The notes under the pieces are model-generated. The model made no database searches and was not told where the DNA came from. It worked only from the letters and a program-made list of their open reading frames with translations. DNA of 64,000 nucleotides from Candidatus Thorarchaeota archaeon (GTDB lineage Archaea; Asgardarchaeota; Thorarchaeia; Thorarchaeales; Thorarchaeaceae), in assembly GCA_048882045.1 (NCBI GenBank), contig JBHLRZ010000014.1:18708-82707 (forward strand), written 5' to 3'. The position numbers and the translations under genes are program-made. The first letter of the stretch is position 1. Each line of letters starts with the position of its first letter. Positions 18,214-26,936 of this stretch are shown here, piece by piece.

Positions 18214-19626
18214 TCATCCACCGCGAGATTTTTGGAGCTTCATCCTTTCGGACATGATGCACTTGTCACCCTTCCGACCCCCCATTGGACATCTCTTTGT
18301 GCCCATGGAGTTCATGCATCTTGCAGCAACCGCAGCTCCCATTGCTAGACCATCTTCCACGAAGAGGATATCGTGCATATCAGTCCAAAGAGATCCATCA
18401 TTAAGATGTAGATTTTCTGTGATGAGTTTGGGTTTCTGTCCAGTAATGATTGCACGCCCCGTAAGTCCCAAAGATGTATCTTTTAGAATTAGCCCCTCTG
18501 ATTCGATAATCGATATCAAGCGTTGAACGATTCCAGCCTGGATCACATCGATCACTGTAAGCAGTGTATTGGTGTCACTAGCATACACAATCGATTTCCC
18601 AAGTTTAGTAAGGTCATCTAGCCCAGATCCGTTGGTTCCTGCATCAACGCCAACTAACGTAGTTCCTGACTCTTCAGCAGCGCTTGCGTCTACAGGAACA
18701 GTACCGAACCGTTCGACTGATTTTGAAACCTTCTCAACCCTGATGATGCTATGGGCTTTCTCTTCCCATTTTGAATCAATCTGCAATTGCTGCGACTTGT
18801 TAGATTGTGGGATGTCTAGAACACTACCAGTCTTTGCATCTATCAGTCCAGTGCCCTTTGCCAATGCATCCGGTATTGCCCCTGCAAGCCCAGCAAAGGA
18901 GCCAATTGTTCTGGCATAGGGGAACCCGTCGTCTGTCACACGTCCTGCAAGAGTGGTCCCAAAATCAAGTGTAAAAACAGGATTTCGAAAATCAATGTCA
19001 GTGCTCTTTGCTGCACCCTTCAGTCCGGCACTGACAAGCTCTCCCTCCATCTCGTTTGCAACAATCTCAGTATTTGAAGGAGGAAGTGAACTCGCTACAG
19101 CCCCATCAAAGTACACCTTCTTTAACCAAGTATAGTCACGAATATCCGGAGGAAGATTCTCTGCTGAGATTGATGCAGTCATTTTCCTTGGAGGAATTCC
19201 TGCATTAAGACATCCATCAGCCAGAGCCTGCACAATAGTTCCTACTTCACTAGGACTAGCAAAACTTGCAGTCACTCCAGTTGAGCGGACCACAAAGTGG
19301 AGGTCACGCTCAATGTCAAGTCGCGCTTTCTTGAGAGTAGTTCTGAGAATGTCTGACACCAGTTCCGATACTGACTCTCTAGTAAGCTCCACACCAAAGA
19401 CAGTTCTTCCAAACACTTCTTCCTCTTCTTTGGGATGACGGACATCTCGAGTCATACGAACCTCTTTTTCGATTTCATAGATTTCAGCGGTTTCTAGATT
19501 TGTAGTCACAAGGACACACTTTGTGGTCGTGTTACCCAATTCAACAGATGCAACTGTGTAGAAAGGACCTTTCCGAAGTGATGATACTCCTATAGAACGA
19601 GGTCGTACTACTCGATCTTTTTTCAC
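18214..19626 (-). CDS. Methanogenesis marker protein 14 (DUF2114, actin-like ATPase fold)
   Basis: VASVELGNTTTKC, HFVVRSTGV, NEMEGEL, LDFGTTLAG, GLAGAIPDAL, EDGLAMGA, C-terminal PMGG....C. Confidence 0.85.
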   Translation of the reverse strand: MKKDRVVRPRSIGVSSLRKGPFYTVASVELGNTTTKCVLVTTNLETAEIYEIEKEVRMTRDVRHPKEEEEVFGRTVFGVELTRESVSELVSDILRTTLKKARLDIERDLHFVVRSTGVTASFASPSEVGTIVQALADGCLNAGIPPRKMTASISAENLPPDIRDYTWLKKVYFDGAVASSLPPSNTEIVANEMEGELVSAGLKGAAKSTDIDFRNPVFTLDFGTTLAGRVTDDGFPYARTIGSFAGLAGAIPDALAKGTGLIDAKTGSVLDIPQSNKSQQLQIDSKWEEKAHSIIRVEKVSKSVERFGTVPVDASAAEESGTTLVGVDAGTNGSGLDDLTKLGKSIVYASDTNTLLTVIDVIQAGIVQRLISIIESEGLILKDTSLGLTGRAIITGQKPKLITENLHLNDGSLWTDMHDILFVEDGLAMGAAVAARCMNSMGTKRCPMGGRKGDKCIMSERMKLQKSRGG

Positions 19627-19643
19627 AATCTGTCACTTCCATA

Positions 19644-20579
19644 TTAGACTAGTTTCTTGAACGGATGGTCATCAGAGGGCTCAATACCAAATTCGAGACT
19701 ATAAGACTCTGCAGCAAACACATCACACATGGCAACAACTGGAAACACTCGTTCTGCATTAGCTATTGGGCCATAGAGCACAAAGTCAGCACCCATCATC
19801 TGTACAATAAGATTTGAAGCAACATCTGCAGTCCGATATCCTTCTGGATTCGCCTTCTTGTGTTTTCTCAACCAGGACCACGATGAGGGAGCATTGTGTA
19901 CTCCGGATCCTGTTGGAAGTCCATAGACAGTCTTTGACACAAATGTGAATGCCGCAGCTGTACCAGCACCTGCACCCATTGCAGTCACTGCAGTATCTAT
20001 CAGGGGTTTGGTGATTCCAAGTTCCTTACTCAATGGTAGTAGTCCCTTGTCTAGTTCAAGTGCACCGGTGTCCAACACAGTTCTTCGCCCCCCGATAGAT
20101 GGGTCTTGGGGATTGAATGCAAGGATGATTGCACATTCATGTTGGATACTCTTGAGAGCCTCAATCTCCTCCTTAGTTGCAGAAACGTTGAGAGAGTTAT
20201 AGATGGCTCTGTCTAGAAGACCTATCTCCTCAGCATGAGTCAAACCAGCGATCCGAACTAGAGGTTCTGTCGAATCAATGAGGAACGGAGCATCAGTAAT
20301 GTCAGTCACGAAATCGATGTACTTCTTCAGTGCATCCTCGGTTTCCGAAAATATTTGGATTAAAGCAGGATTGCCAGTGAGTTGTGACATCTCATCCTGT
20401 TTCTCAATCAGAGCGGTTGCTGCCTTCTTATCGAAGACTCCCTTCTTGGTGTCCGTAACGATCTTGTGCCCTCCATAGAAGATAGTACCAGCAAGAACCG
20501 TAGCAGTTTCACCCGGGTTTCCACCTATCTTCACTCCACCTACATTATGGATGACCTGTTCTTTCTCAAAGACAAACAT
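19644..20579 (-). CDS. mtrH: Methyl-tetrahydropterin:corrinoid methyltransferase MtrH (MtxH-like), copy 1
   Basis: MFVFEKEQ, IGGNPGE..TVLAGTIFY.GH, PFLIDS, IYNS, GLPTGSGVHN, GADFVLYGPI, HPFKKL. Confidence 0.92.
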   Translation of the reverse strand: MFVFEKEQVIHNVGGVKIGGNPGETATVLAGTIFYGGHKIVTDTKKGVFDKKAATALIEKQDEMSQLTGNPALIQIFSETEDALKKYIDFVTDITDAPFLIDSTEPLVRIAGLTHAEEIGLLDRAIYNSLNVSATKEEIEALKSIQHECAIILAFNPQDPSIGGRRTVLDTGALELDKGLLPLSKELGITKPLIDTAVTAMGAGAGTAAAFTFVSKTVYGLPTGSGVHNAPSSWSWLRKHKKANPEGYRTADVASNLIVQMMGADFVLYGPIANAERVFPVVAMCDVFAAESYSLEFGIEPSDDHPFKKLV

Positions 20580-20583
20580 TGCA

Positions 20584-21270
20584 TCAACCCTCTCTCGCGT
20601 ATAGAATGGTCCCTGTGTCTTCTTCCTGAACTTCAATAATAGTGGAAGAGGGGTTCTCTGACACTATAGCATGTTTCATCTGACTCATGATCATTGAGGA
20701 TGTGGAATCGAGAATGACACCATACTCGGGCAACACTATCACATCACCGGTAATCGATGGTGTTCTGGTTGATTTCACTGGAGCCCTGAACTCAACCCAC
20801 ATAGCTCCCCCTGGAAACTCACCTGGGTCTTTGGTCAATAACTCTCCTGCTTTGGATGCGATTTCGGTAGGATTGATCTTGTTGATCATATCGATGAGTT
20901 CAATCTGCTCGCGGAATTGATCAATTCCTTCAAGGGGAACGTTCTCAATATACGGAATTGCTCCTTCAGCATCGATGATCTTTCGGGTTTCTCTGTCAAC
21001 TCCGTTATGATAGAGTGCACGCAATGACCTGCCAGTAAGATGTCCAGGAACCTCTGGACCAGTGAGAATCAGAAATCGAATATTCGGATTGGAGATGACA
21101 TTGATGATGACACGTTCAATTCCAATATTCTCAGTCTTGCAGGTACCGATGATTGCGCACTCAGTATCAACATCAATCTTCTTACCCAGTGTACAAATGG
21201 CTACACATTTGGAGGGGTCTCTAACTTCGAAATCTCCTTGGACCGGAGGCCATTCGGGTTCAGGATTCAT
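20584..21270 (-). CDS. mtrA: Soluble corrinoid protein MtrA (MtxA-like), no membrane anchor
   Basis: WPPVQGDF, CKTENIGIE.VI.NVISNPNIRFLIL.G.EVPGHLTG, GAIPYIEN; C-terminus hydrophilic. Confidence 0.92.
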   Translation of the reverse strand: MNPEPEWPPVQGDFEVRDPSKCVAICTLGKKIDVDTECAIIGTCKTENIGIERVIINVISNPNIRFLILTGPEVPGHLTGRSLRALYHNGVDRETRKIIDAEGAIPYIENVPLEGIDQFREQIELIDMINKINPTEIASKAGELLTKDPGEFPGGAMWVEFRAPVKSTRTPSITGDVIVLPEYGVILDSTSSMIMSQMKHAIVSENPSSTIIEVQEEDTGTILYAREG

Positions 21271-21285
21271 TTTATTGCATCCCTC

Positions 21286-22203
21286 CTATTCAAACGATGG
21301 GGGTTCAAAGAGTTCTCTGTCAATGTCCAATACACTGTTTGCTTCGGCTATGGTTGCGGCTATGGCATTCGAAATCAGAGCTGCTGATGTGAATATCTCT
21401 TTGGCATGAGATAATGAGCCAAACATTATGGCATCAGTTGCAAAGAGTTGTGCAGCCACAGTCGCTGCAACCACCGTCGAGATTCTTGTCGTGTCATCAT
21501 CCAATCCGGGTTGTCGGATGAATCGCCAAGCGGAAGGTGCATTGTGAGGAGCTAGACATGTTGGAAGTCCCAATTCTGATTTCACAGCAATGGTGGTCCT
21601 ATGCTCCAGTCCATAGCCAGAACCTACGGGCATCGTAGCCGGATCGACGATGGTTTTCTTTATACCCAATGACTCGGAGAATGTTAGTACATCACGTATT
21701 GTATCCATTCTATCTGGGAGCGTAGTGGCCTTTGGTGACCACCCAAGGATGACTGCCATGTCCAATGCACTAGCTTTGAGTTTGTCCTTCTCATCATCCT
21801 TCATTGACAGATTGATGGAGTTGAAGACCGCTCGGTCAGTGAGTCCAGTTTCTTCGCAGTATTCAATTGCACGAATGCGAGCGTTTGCATTTATTGACTC
21901 GAACATGAAGGGTCCTTCAAGATTCTCTGCTAGCCAAGAGAGATGATTCTCCATTGCCCGAGGAGTTCTACCAAATGCTTGAATCATCAATGGGAGTCCA
22001 GTTTTGTCAGACATTAATTGTGCAGTGTCAATCCATGACTTCGCGACTTCTTTGTCGAATATACCCTCTCGAGTGTCCTCCATTATTGACTGACCCTTGA
22101 AGAAGAGACCCCCAATCAGAACTGTGGGATTCTCACCAGGATTACCACCAATAGGAATACCTCCAAAGTCAAACACTTGTTGCTCTTTCTTGAAGACAAA
22201 CAC
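21286..22203 (-). CDS. mtrH: MtrH-family pterin methyltransferase, divergent copy 2
   Basis: VFVFKKEQ, IGGNPGENPTVLIGGLF, VFNSIN, GLPTCLAPHNAPSAW; GTG 22203 follows a GAGGTGA ribosome-binding site. Confidence 0.85.
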   Translation of the reverse strand: MFVFKKEQQVFDFGGIPIGGNPGENPTVLIGGLFFKGQSIMEDTREGIFDKEVAKSWIDTAQLMSDKTGLPLMIQAFGRTPRAMENHLSWLAENLEGPFMFESINANARIRAIEYCEETGLTDRAVFNSINLSMKDDEKDKLKASALDMAVILGWSPKATTLPDRMDTIRDVLTFSESLGIKKTIVDPATMPVGSGYGLEHRTTIAVKSELGLPTCLAPHNAPSAWRFIRQPGLDDDTTRISTVVAATVAAQLFATDAIMFGSLSHAKEIFTSAALISNAIAATIAEANSVLDIDRELFEPPSFE

Positions 22204-22207
22204 GATA

Positions 22208-23143
22208 TCACCTCTCAACCTTCCGTCTAGGATACAAATTAGCACGTTTGACAAGCTCAACAATACTCTCTGGCCAACCTATGCCCATCAAGTGTAGTCC
22301 ATTGACGCCATCGATCTCACGTATCACCTCTATGGTTTCAAGGGCGATTTGAATACCTTCCGCTTTCATTGCCTGAATCTTGGCCTGCTCCTCTTCTTGA
22401 CCTTTTGCAGAATCATCAAGTCGTCGAATGAACTCATCAGGAACCTGAATATCTGGAACATAGTCATTCATGAAGTGCGCCATCTCTGAGTCACGAAGCG
22501 GGATTATACCCACCAAAATGTTCAGTTTGTTGTCAGTTTGTCCCATGAATCTCTGTAAGAGAACAGGATCAAAGATCGCTTGAGTCTGAAAGAACTGTGC
22601 TCCCGCTTCGAATTTCGCTTTCATTCGACGTTGTTGATTTTCTAGTGATGCATCATTTGGATTGATGGTTGCTCCGAGATAGAACTCTGGTGTTCCCTCC
22701 AACTCATCACCCACAGAGTCAACTCCAGTGGAGAGATGTTTCGCCAGAGCAAGAGCCTCAAGAGTATCTAGATCGTTGACCATCTTTACATGAGGATGCG
22801 TTCCGAACCGAGTAGGGTCACCAGCCATGATGAGAAGATTACGCACACCAAGTGCGTATGCGCCATAGAGCTCGCTCTGAAATGCGATCTGGTTTCGGTC
22901 CCTTGTTGTCAGATGGAGGATAGGTTCAGCGCCTGCCTGAAGTACAAATGTGGAACATACACTGCTGCTCATGGTTGGAACTCCACGGGCATTGTCAGGT
23001 ACATTAATGGCATCACAGAAATCACGTATCATTTCAACACGATTTATTACTATTGATGAATCCGCCCCATGAGGTGCTCCAATCTCTCCCGTAACTACGA
23101 AATCACCTCTATCTAGTAATTGCTTGAGTCGTGTTTCGAGCAG
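22208..23143 (-). CDS. metF: Methylenetetrahydrofolate reductase (MetF family)
   Basis: FVVTGE, DAINVPDN, HLTTRDRN, GVRNLLIMAGD, K..AGAQFFQTQ, GIIPL, GLHLM; start is CTG 23143 or GTG 23158. Confidence 0.9.
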   Translation of the reverse strand: MLETRLKQLLDRGDFVVTGEIGAPHGADSSIVINRVEMIRDFCDAINVPDNARGVPTMSSSVCSTFVLQAGAEPILHLTTRDRNQIAFQSELYGAYALGVRNLLIMAGDPTRFGTHPHVKMVNDLDTLEALALAKHLSTGVDSVGDELEGTPEFYLGATINPNDASLENQQRRMKAKFEAGAQFFQTQAIFDPVLLQRFMGQTDNKLNILVGIIPLRDSEMAHFMNDYVPDIQVPDEFIRRLDDSAKGQEEEQAKIQAMKAEGIQIALETIEVIREIDGVNGLHLMGIGWPESIVELVKRANLYPRRKVER

Positions 23144-23189
23144 TTTGCAGACCTCCACAAATTCCTTCTCTGACTGACATGTGTTCCCC

Positions 23190-25007
23190 TTAATTGGTTT
23201 TGTTAGAAATCCAGCCCTTCTTTATCGCAATACTAAATGCAACTAATGACATGGATGATACTGTGGCAATCATTATTGGGATGGATACAATCAGTGGAGG
23301 AGAGGACATGGTTGTATGAGGACTGGAACCTATCTTGAAATCGGGGTAGTAATGATAGTCTGGATTGGCAGTAAGATTGTAGATGTCACCAACATCATAT
23401 CCTGTAAGAATGAAAGGCCCACAAGTAACATGAGGTGATTCAGCGTCAAATATTGGGTTCCATCTATCCCAGCTAGAAAATCCAATTCCTGAGAAGATAT
23501 GTTTTGGAATTATGAATTCATAGACAATGTTGTAGAAGTGCCAATACGACTCACTACTGAACTCCATCACTACTTTATACATGGAGGGAGCATATACAGA
23601 CATTAGATCGATGAAGGAGTCTGCAGCGAGATTTCCATAGGTCCTGCTCTCCAGTAGATAGATGAAAGTATATGCAACGTCTACTGCAGTTAACGGAGTA
23701 CCATCTGACCACGTTGCATTACGTAGTATGTTAAAAGTAAAACGCATGTTACCTTCAGGAACTGTTGGATTATCACGATTGGTTTCGACAAGCACAGACT
23801 CAGCAAGGTCAGGAATTGGGTTCATGTCAGGACCACGAGAATATAGAGAGGAATATAGGTTTTCAAGAATCATTCTTGAGTATATCGAGTATGGTAATGA
23901 AAAGTTGAGGGCATAGAAATTGAAGGTATCAGGTTCTAAGCTAAGGGCAATACCTACGGTACCCCCTTGAGTATCGTTAATCTTAAGCATCTTTCTCAAA
24001 GTCCACGGACCTGAGATGTATCGATAGATATCAGCAACATGACCTTTGAACTTGTCAGTTCTATATCCTTGGTAGATATTTGATTGACATATCACCAATT
24101 GCGGAACGTTGTAATGCAGAATCCTTTGAATTTCAACAGAAGCTTCAAGGACTTCTTCGTAGGTTCTCCCTGTTCGGAATTTTTCCATCCAGAAATCATA
24201 AGTTTCGTTTTTAAAGTTCGAAAAGTCAAAATTAAGATTCAAACCGAAATCATCATAGTAATAAAAACTCTTGAAAGCGTAAGTCATATCCCAAGAGGGG
24301 GGAAATTCCCACCCAGGCAATATCCAGCTCTCTATGTAGATCCAGTTTGTATCGATATGTAGAGAGTGAAGGGCTTCGATAGATAGATCAGCGATTTCGA
24401 GACCGTGATATGCATAATATCCTTCAATAGTAAATGGTTCACCATTCGGTGCATTTCTAAAACCTGTTGTACTGTTCATTGTAAAGCCAAGTTCATCGAG
24501 GAGTGCATTACCCCTCTCTATGTCAGCTCCATAGTAATGATTTTCAAGGAGTTCTTCTGCGCACCACCTGTTTACAGAAGGAAGTAGAGAATCATGCGGT
24601 GATGCATGACCTCGGTAAATATCATCTACAGCTTTTATCTTATTGAATGCAAAAGCAAATGCTCTTCGAAAACCAGAGATGTTCAGTGGGTAATGTTCGC
24701 AATTGAGAAGGATAGAAGTGTAGCCATTTCTTGGATACTCGAATATCTCGACATTTGGATCAGCATCGAGTAAATTGAAGCTTGAGAAACCAACATCCCC
24801 GATGTCGATTACTCCACTTTGAAGGGCAATGGTTCTTTGGTTATTTCCAACAATTACTTTGTAGACTACTTTGTCGATGAATGGTCCGATTCGGATGTCC
24901 TCTGGAATATCTATTGAAGCAACGAGGGGGAATTGAAGAGAGAGAAACAGAATGGTGCAACAGAAAGACAGCACACTCAGTGACCTCCTCAACACAAACC
25001 ACCACAT
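23190..25007 (-). CDS. ABC peptide-type (family 5) solute-binding protein, circularly permuted, C-terminal TM anchor
   Basis: RRAFAFAFNK, PDLA, ATWSDGTPLTAVDV, IIPKH, GPF; signal peptide and C-terminal hydrophobic helix. Confidence 0.85.
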   Translation of the reverse strand: MWWFVLRRSLSVLSFCCTILFLSLQFPLVASIDIPEDIRIGPFIDKVVYKVIVGNNQRTIALQSGVIDIGDVGFSSFNLLDADPNVEIFEYPRNGYTSILLNCEHYPLNISGFRRAFAFAFNKIKAVDDIYRGHASPHDSLLPSVNRWCAEELLENHYYGADIERGNALLDELGFTMNSTTGFRNAPNGEPFTIEGYYAYHGLEIADLSIEALHSLHIDTNWIYIESWILPGWEFPPSWDMTYAFKSFYYYDDFGLNLNFDFSNFKNETYDFWMEKFRTGRTYEEVLEASVEIQRILHYNVPQLVICQSNIYQGYRTDKFKGHVADIYRYISGPWTLRKMLKINDTQGGTVGIALSLEPDTFNFYALNFSLPYSIYSRMILENLYSSLYSRGPDMNPIPDLAESVLVETNRDNPTVPEGNMRFTFNILRNATWSDGTPLTAVDVAYTFIYLLESRTYGNLAADSFIDLMSVYAPSMYKVVMEFSSESYWHFYNIVYEFIIPKHIFSGIGFSSWDRWNPIFDAESPHVTCGPFILTGYDVGDIYNLTANPDYHYYPDFKIGSSPHTTMSSPPLIVSIPIMIATVSSMSLVAFSIAIKKGWISNKTN

Positions 25008-25082
25008 TGTCCTTGGCTGATGATTGATATTATGATTTTTATACGAGCAATCTGGGACTATGCTCCCCGAAATTGCATATGT

Positions 25083-26891
25083 CTACTCAGAGCGTTTTCT
25101 GTCCATTATCAAAAGCACTATGATACCAGCAGTGACAACTACATAAGTTGTGGAAAGAGTCATTGCTACAATTTGAAATATGGGATCAGATGTTACAGGC
25201 GGAAAAGTGTTGATGATGTCAGGTGTTATAGGTTGTCTTTGTGGGAGCCAATGATATAAGGGATTTACCGTCAATTCATAGAACTCACCAAGTTCGAAAT
25301 CTGTCAATACAAAGGGTCCACTTGTCACATGCGGTTCTTCCGGATCAAAGACAGGGTTCCAAGTATTCCAGCCCTCGTAGCCAATTGCTGTAAAGATGTG
25401 TTTTGGAATAATATAGTCATACGCAATCTTGCTGAAATGCCAATATGACTCAGAACTGAATTCAAAGACCACGCGATATGTAGATGGTGCGTATACAGCA
25501 ACAAGATCATTCAACGAACTTCCAGCTGGATTCCCGTAAGCTCTGCTTTCTAGTTGGTACAGGAATGTGAACGATATGTCTTCGGCTGTGAGCGACTGAC
25601 CGTCTGACCATGAGGCATTTTGTAGAATGTCAAATGTATAGCGCATGTGACCATCAGGAATCATAGAATTGTTGCTATGGGTTTCAGTAAGCATAGATAT
25701 TGCCAAGTCTGGTAGAGGATTCATATTTGGATCCCGTGAGTAGAGTGATGAATAGAGGTTCTCAAGAATTAAGTGAGAGTACATCAAGTTAGTGACGTAG
25801 ATGTTGAAACTGTATGGCTCCTGACCAAGGCCAATATTAAACAAGCCACCGTATGTACCATCGACTCTGTGAATTCGTCTCAAAGTCCATGGACCGGAGA
25901 AATATCGAAAATGGTCTTCAATATGACCTTGGAACTGGTCAGTTCTAATAGCTTCGAGATAGTTTGGCTGACATACTACAATGCGAGGAACATTGTAATG
26001 CAGAATTTTCTGAATCTCGGTTGAAGCTTCATAGACCTCTTCGTATGTCTTTCCATTGTAATATTTTTCAGTCCAATATGTAAAGGTATCATTTCTATAG
26101 TTGGAAAGACTATCTTCCCAAATCATAGTATCATATCCAAAAGTCCAGCTTATAACGACCATATCATATGAGGGAGGAAGAATCCATGGCCACCACCATG
26201 AATAGTACACATAACAATCAACATTCAGTGCGGAAAGAGCTTCACAAGCGAGTTGGGCAATCGTCCCAGATATGAAAGAACTTGAGGGAGAGTAGTACAC
26301 TATGACAGTAAATGGTTCGCCATTCGGTGCGTCCCTGAATCCTGTCGTGGAATTCAATGTGAAACCAAGTTCATCAAGGATTGCATTGCCTCTCTCTATG
26401 TCAGCCTCATAGTAATGATATTCAAGAAGATCTTCTGCGCACAACCTATTGGTCAATGGAACCACTGAATCATGCAGTGTTGCATGACCTTCGTAAACGT
26501 AGTTTAACGCCTTCGTCTTGTTGAAAGCAAAAGCGAAAGCCCGTCTAAAGCCAGTGATGTTTAGTGGATACTTGTTACAATTGATAGAAATTGAGTTATA
26601 CCCATTTCTTGGACATTCTAGGATGTCAATATCAGGATTCTCAAGTAATTCCGAAGTTTGTGTGTAATAATTCTCAGAGATTCTCCCAATATCGAGTACT
26701 CCTGATTGGAGAGCGAGTAGAGTGCCAGATCCAATGATTACTTTGTAGACTACACTGTCGATAAATGGGCCATAACGAATGTCTTCAGGAATATCAATTG
26801 ACACCACAAGTGGGAGCTGAAGAAATAGGACTAGGAAGATGCAACACAATGATAGTGCACTCCGTGACCTCCTCAACACGTTCCACCTCAT
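25083..26891 (-). CDS. ABC peptide-type (family 5) solute-binding protein, tandem paralog
   Basis: Colinear and highly similar to 23190..25007 (SIDIPEDIR.GPFID, RRAFAFAFNK, ENLYSSLYSR, WNP.FD.E.PHVT.GPF). Confidence 0.85.
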   Translation of the reverse strand: MRWNVLRRSRSALSLCCIFLVLFLQLPLVVSIDIPEDIRYGPFIDSVVYKVIIGSGTLLALQSGVLDIGRISENYYTQTSELLENPDIDILECPRNGYNSISINCNKYPLNITGFRRAFAFAFNKTKALNYVYEGHATLHDSVVPLTNRLCAEDLLEYHYYEADIERGNAILDELGFTLNSTTGFRDAPNGEPFTVIVYYSPSSSFISGTIAQLACEALSALNVDCYVYYSWWWPWILPPSYDMVVISWTFGYDTMIWEDSLSNYRNDTFTYWTEKYYNGKTYEEVYEASTEIQKILHYNVPRIVVCQPNYLEAIRTDQFQGHIEDHFRYFSGPWTLRRIHRVDGTYGGLFNIGLGQEPYSFNIYVTNLMYSHLILENLYSSLYSRDPNMNPLPDLAISMLTETHSNNSMIPDGHMRYTFDILQNASWSDGQSLTAEDISFTFLYQLESRAYGNPAGSSLNDLVAVYAPSTYRVVFEFSSESYWHFSKIAYDYIIPKHIFTAIGYEGWNTWNPVFDPEEPHVTSGPFVLTDFELGEFYELTVNPLYHWLPQRQPITPDIINTFPPVTSDPIFQIVAMTLSTTYVVVTAGIIVLLIMDRKRSE

Positions 26892-26936
26892 AATAATCTT
26901 AGAGGTTTGACTTTATCTTTTTGGTCTATCATTTCA

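Noticed and set aside
18214-22203. Methanogenesis or Na+-pumping Mtr complex
   Set aside because: No mtrCDE or mcr in the window and MtrA has no TM helix; marker 14 alone does not imply methanogenesis
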